The notes beneath the pieces were generated by a model. The model did not search any database, had not been told where the DNA came from, and was given only the letters and a program-made list of their open reading frames with translations. Shown here piece by piece: positions 61,196 to 64,000 of a DNA stretch of 64,000 bases. The first letter of the stretch is position 1; each line of letters begins with the position of its first letter. This DNA comes from Brevibacterium luteolum (GTDB lineage Bacteria; Actinomycetota; Actinomycetes; Actinomycetales; Brevibacteriaceae), in contig NZ_JABEMC010000001.1 of the NCBI RefSeq assembly GCF_013004595.1, positions 620,001-684,000 on the forward strand, given 5' to 3'. Position numbers and translations under genes: made by a program.

Positions 61196-62116
61196 ATGGC
61201 TATGGTGAACTCTGCGCAGGCACACGACGCTGCCGCGGCCTTCGGCACGGTCGGCACCGCAATGGTGACTCCCTTCTCCGCCTCGGGCGAGGTCGACTAC
61301 GACACCGCCGAGGCGCTCGCCGCCCACCTCGTCGACCTCGGCAACAACATGCTCGTCATCTCCGGAACCACCGGCGAATCACCGACGACGACCGATGCTG
61401 AGAAGTCCGAACTGCTCACCGCCGCCCGCCGCGGCGCCGGTGACCGCGCCAAGCTCGTCGCCGGGATCGGCACGAACAACACCACCCACTCGATCGAACT
61501 CGCCTTACAGGCCCGCGATGCCGGCGCTGACGGGCTGCTGCTCGTCACCCCGTACTACTCGAAGCCGCCGCAGGACGCCATCGTCACCCATATGCGCGCC
61601 GTCGCCGATGCCACCGACCTGCCGGTGATGCTCTACGACATTCCCGGCCGCTCCAGCGTGCCGCTCGAACCGGCCACCCTGGCCGCACTCGACGCGCATC
61701 CGAACATCCTCGCCGTCAAGGACGCCAAGGGCGACATCGCCACCGCCCTGCAGGTGATGAGCGAGACCGGCCTGGCCTACTACTCCGGTGAGGACGCACT
61801 CAACCTGCCGCTCATGAGCTGCGGGGCGATCGGCGTCGTCTCCGTCGCCGGGCACGTCTGCGCCGACCGGCTCGCCCAGATGACCGACCATGTCGGTGCC
61901 AACGATCTCAACGCTGCCCGCGACGTGGCAGCGGGCCTCGTCAGCCTCATCGACGCCATCATGAACCACATGCCGGGAGTGATCTCCGCCAAGGCGGCGC
62001 TTGAACTCCAGGGTGTGCTTCCCACCCGCGCAACCCGCCTGCCGCTGCTTGAGGCATCGGAGGACCAGGTGGAGTTCCTGCGCCGCGAAATGACAAGGAG
62101 CGGTTACCTCACGTGA
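61196..62116 (+). CDS. dapA: 4-hydroxy-tetrahydrodipicolinate synthase
   Basis: AMVTPF, GTTGESPT, TPYYSKP, LYDIPGR, VKDA. Confidence 0.98.
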   Translation: MAMVNSAQAHDAAAAFGTVGTAMVTPFSASGEVDYDTAEALAAHLVDLGNNMLVISGTTGESPTTTDAEKSELLTAARRGAGDRAKLVAGIGTNNTTHSIELALQARDAGADGLLLVTPYYSKPPQDAIVTHMRAVADATDLPVMLYDIPGRSSVPLEPATLAALDAHPNILAVKDAKGDIATALQVMSETGLAYYSGEDALNLPLMSCGAIGVVSVAGHVCADRLAQMTDHVGANDLNAARDVAAGLVSLIDAIMNHMPGVISAKAALELQGVLPTRATRLPLLEASEDQVEFLRREMTRSGYLT

Positions 62117-63840
62117 CCAACCAGATGACGAACTACGCGATCGATCCCGGCGACCCACCGAAGGCAGACCCCGAGGCGATGCGCATCGTCGCCCTCGGCG
62201 GCCTCGGCGAGGTCGGCCGGAACATGACCGTGTTCGAGTACCACGGCAAGCTGCTCATCGTCGACTGCGGTGTGCTCTTCCCCGAAGAGGAGCAGCCCGG
62301 CGTCGACCTCATCCTGCCCGACTTCAGCTACCTTGATGACCGGATGGACGACATCGTCGGACTCGTCCTCACCCACGGTCACGAAGACCACATTGGTGCC
62401 GTGCCCTACCTGCTCAAGCGCCGTGAGGACATCCCCGTCCTCGGCTCCTCGCTGACCCTGGCGCTGGTGGAGGCAAAGCTCAAGGCGCACCGCCTGCGCA
62501 AGACCGTCACCCGCGTGGTGCGCGAGAACGAAACCGACCAGCTCGGCCCCTTCGACCTCGAGTTCGTCGCCGTCAACCACTCGATCCCCGACGCGCTGGC
62601 CGTGTTCATCCGCACCGGTGCCGGCACCGTGCTGCACACTGGCGACTTCAAGATGGACCAGCTGCCGCTCGACCGGCGGATCACCGACCTGCGCGCCTTC
62701 GCCCGCCTCGGCGAAGAGGGCGTCGACCTGTTCCTCACTGACTCGACCAACGCCGAGGTCCCCGGCTTCACCGCCCCGGAGAAGGAGATCGGCCCGGTCC
62801 TCGACTCCGTCATCGCGACGGCGACCAACCGGGTCATCGTCGCCTCCTTCGCCTCCCACGTCCACCGCGTCCAGCAGGTGCTGGAAGCCGCTCAGGCCCA
62901 CGGCCGCAAGGTCGTGCTCGTCGGCCGGTCGATGGTGCGCAACATGAAGATCGCCCAGGACCTCGGGTTCCTGCACGCCCCGCGCGGGGTCATCATCGAC
63001 ATGAAGGACCTCGACAAGTACCCCGACGACCAGATCGTGCTCATGTGCACCGGTTCGCAGGGCGAGCCGATGGCCGCACTGTCGCGGATGGCCAACGGCT
63101 CGCACCCGAAGGTCGAGGTCAGCGCCGATGACACGATCATCCTCGCCTCCTCGCTCATCCCCGGCAACGAGACCTCCGTCTACCGCGTCATCAACGGGCT
63201 CATGAAGCTCGGCGCCCGCGTCGTGCACAAGGGCAACGCGAAGGTCCACGTCTCCGGCCACGCCTCGGCAGGGGAGCTGCTGTACTGCTACAACATCGTC
63301 AAGCCCAAGGGCGTGATGCCGGTGCACGGCGAATGGCGGCACATGCTCGCCAACGGCAAGCTCGCCGCCCAGACCGGCGTGCCGGAGGAGAACATCGTCA
63401 TCGCCGATGACGGCTGGGTCGTCGACCTCAAGGACGGCCGCGCCCGCGTCGTCGGCGCCGTCGACTGCGAATACGTCTTCGTCGACGGCTCGTCGGTCGG
63501 CGAGATCACCGAAGCCGACCTCAAGGACCGCCGCATCCTCGCCGGCGAAGGCTTCGTCTCCATCTTCATGACCGTCGACACGAAGGCGCAGAAGGTCATC
63601 ACCGGGCCGGTCATCAACTCCCGCGGCATGGCCGAGGACGACGACGTGTTCGACCACATCAAACCCAAGATCGCCGACGCTGTCGCCGAAGCGCTCACCG
63701 ACGGAGTCAAAGACCAGCACAAGCTCCAGCAGATCATCCGCCGCACCATCGGCCGCTGGATCTCCTCACGCCTGCGCCGCCGGCCGATGATCGTCCCGAT
63801 GGTCGTCGTCGTGCCCGGCGCCGACGCCGCAGTGAACTGA
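62113..63840 (+). CDS. rnj: Ribonuclease J
   Basis: LGGLGEVGRN, THGHEDHIG, NHSIPD, HTGDFK, DSTN, TGSQGEP, HVSGHA, PVHGE. Confidence 0.98.
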   Translation: MTNQMTNYAIDPGDPPKADPEAMRIVALGGLGEVGRNMTVFEYHGKLLIVDCGVLFPEEEQPGVDLILPDFSYLDDRMDDIVGLVLTHGHEDHIGAVPYLLKRREDIPVLGSSLTLALVEAKLKAHRLRKTVTRVVRENETDQLGPFDLEFVAVNHSIPDALAVFIRTGAGTVLHTGDFKMDQLPLDRRITDLRAFARLGEEGVDLFLTDSTNAEVPGFTAPEKEIGPVLDSVIATATNRVIVASFASHVHRVQQVLEAAQAHGRKVVLVGRSMVRNMKIAQDLGFLHAPRGVIIDMKDLDKYPDDQIVLMCTGSQGEPMAALSRMANGSHPKVEVSADDTIILASSLIPGNETSVYRVINGLMKLGARVVHKGNAKVHVSGHASAGELLYCYNIVKPKGVMPVHGEWRHMLANGKLAAQTGVPEENIVIADDGWVVDLKDGRARVVGAVDCEYVFVDGSSVGEITEADLKDRRILAGEGFVSIFMTVDTKAQKVITGPVINSRGMAEDDDVFDHIKPKIADAVAEALTDGVKDQHKLQQIIRRTIGRWISSRLRRRPMIVPMVVVVPGADAAVN

Positions 63841-63940
63841 CCGCTCACGGCTGCCGTGCAGGCGGCAGCCGTGCGGCCATTTCCCTACACGCCGAGCCAA
63901 ATTCGGCCCGGCCTGCCGCCGCACCCCTACGATAGGCACC

Positions 63941-64000
63941 ATGGCGACCAGTACGACTTCCCCCACTGGTACCGGACGCAAGAGGCGCGGCAAGCAGGCC
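63941..64000 (+). CDS. 5' end of the next gene, probably DNA translocase FtsK (3'-truncated by window edge)
   Basis: ATG 7 nt after TACGAT; MATSTTSPTGTGRKRRGK; identity rests only on rnj-ftsK synteny. Confidence 0.5.
   Translation, partial: MATSTTSPTGTGRKRRGKQA

Overview
High-GC actinobacterial chromosome segment. Gene order and protein sequences fit Micrococcales, probably Brevibacterium-like (inference, no search run). It follows the conserved backbone rimM-trmD-rplS-lepB x2-rnhB-DUF2469-yraN-yifB-dprA-xerC-rpsB-tsf-pyrH-frr-cdsA-rlmN-dxr-rip1-ispG-proS-rimP-nusA-ylxR-infB-rbfA-truB-ribF-rpsO-pnp-M16 peptidase-sodA-dapB-dapA-rnj-(ftsK start). Small accessory insertions interrupt it: a Leu/Phe/Val dehydrogenase with a Phd/RelE-like toxin-antitoxin pair, two paralogous 2-TM microproteins, an MFS plus an acyl-CoA dehydrogenase, a LysA-fold decarboxylase plus a TAXI-TRAP transporter, a decayed flavin-monooxygenase/FMN-reductase locus, and a secreted LAS-type peptidase. 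I saw no rRNA, tRNA, CRISPR array, IS or prophage. The most striking unexplained structure is the ylxR-infB intergenic region (about 130 nt). There, six consecutive (A/G)TGA start-stop overlaps chain five mini-ORFs into a sixth that overlaps infB out of frame, and the chain ends at two mutually exclusive hairpins, one of which sequesters the infB Shine-Dalgarno. This is a candidate reinitiation-sensing autoregulatory switch for IF2. Product names come from recognised motifs and synteny, not database searches.
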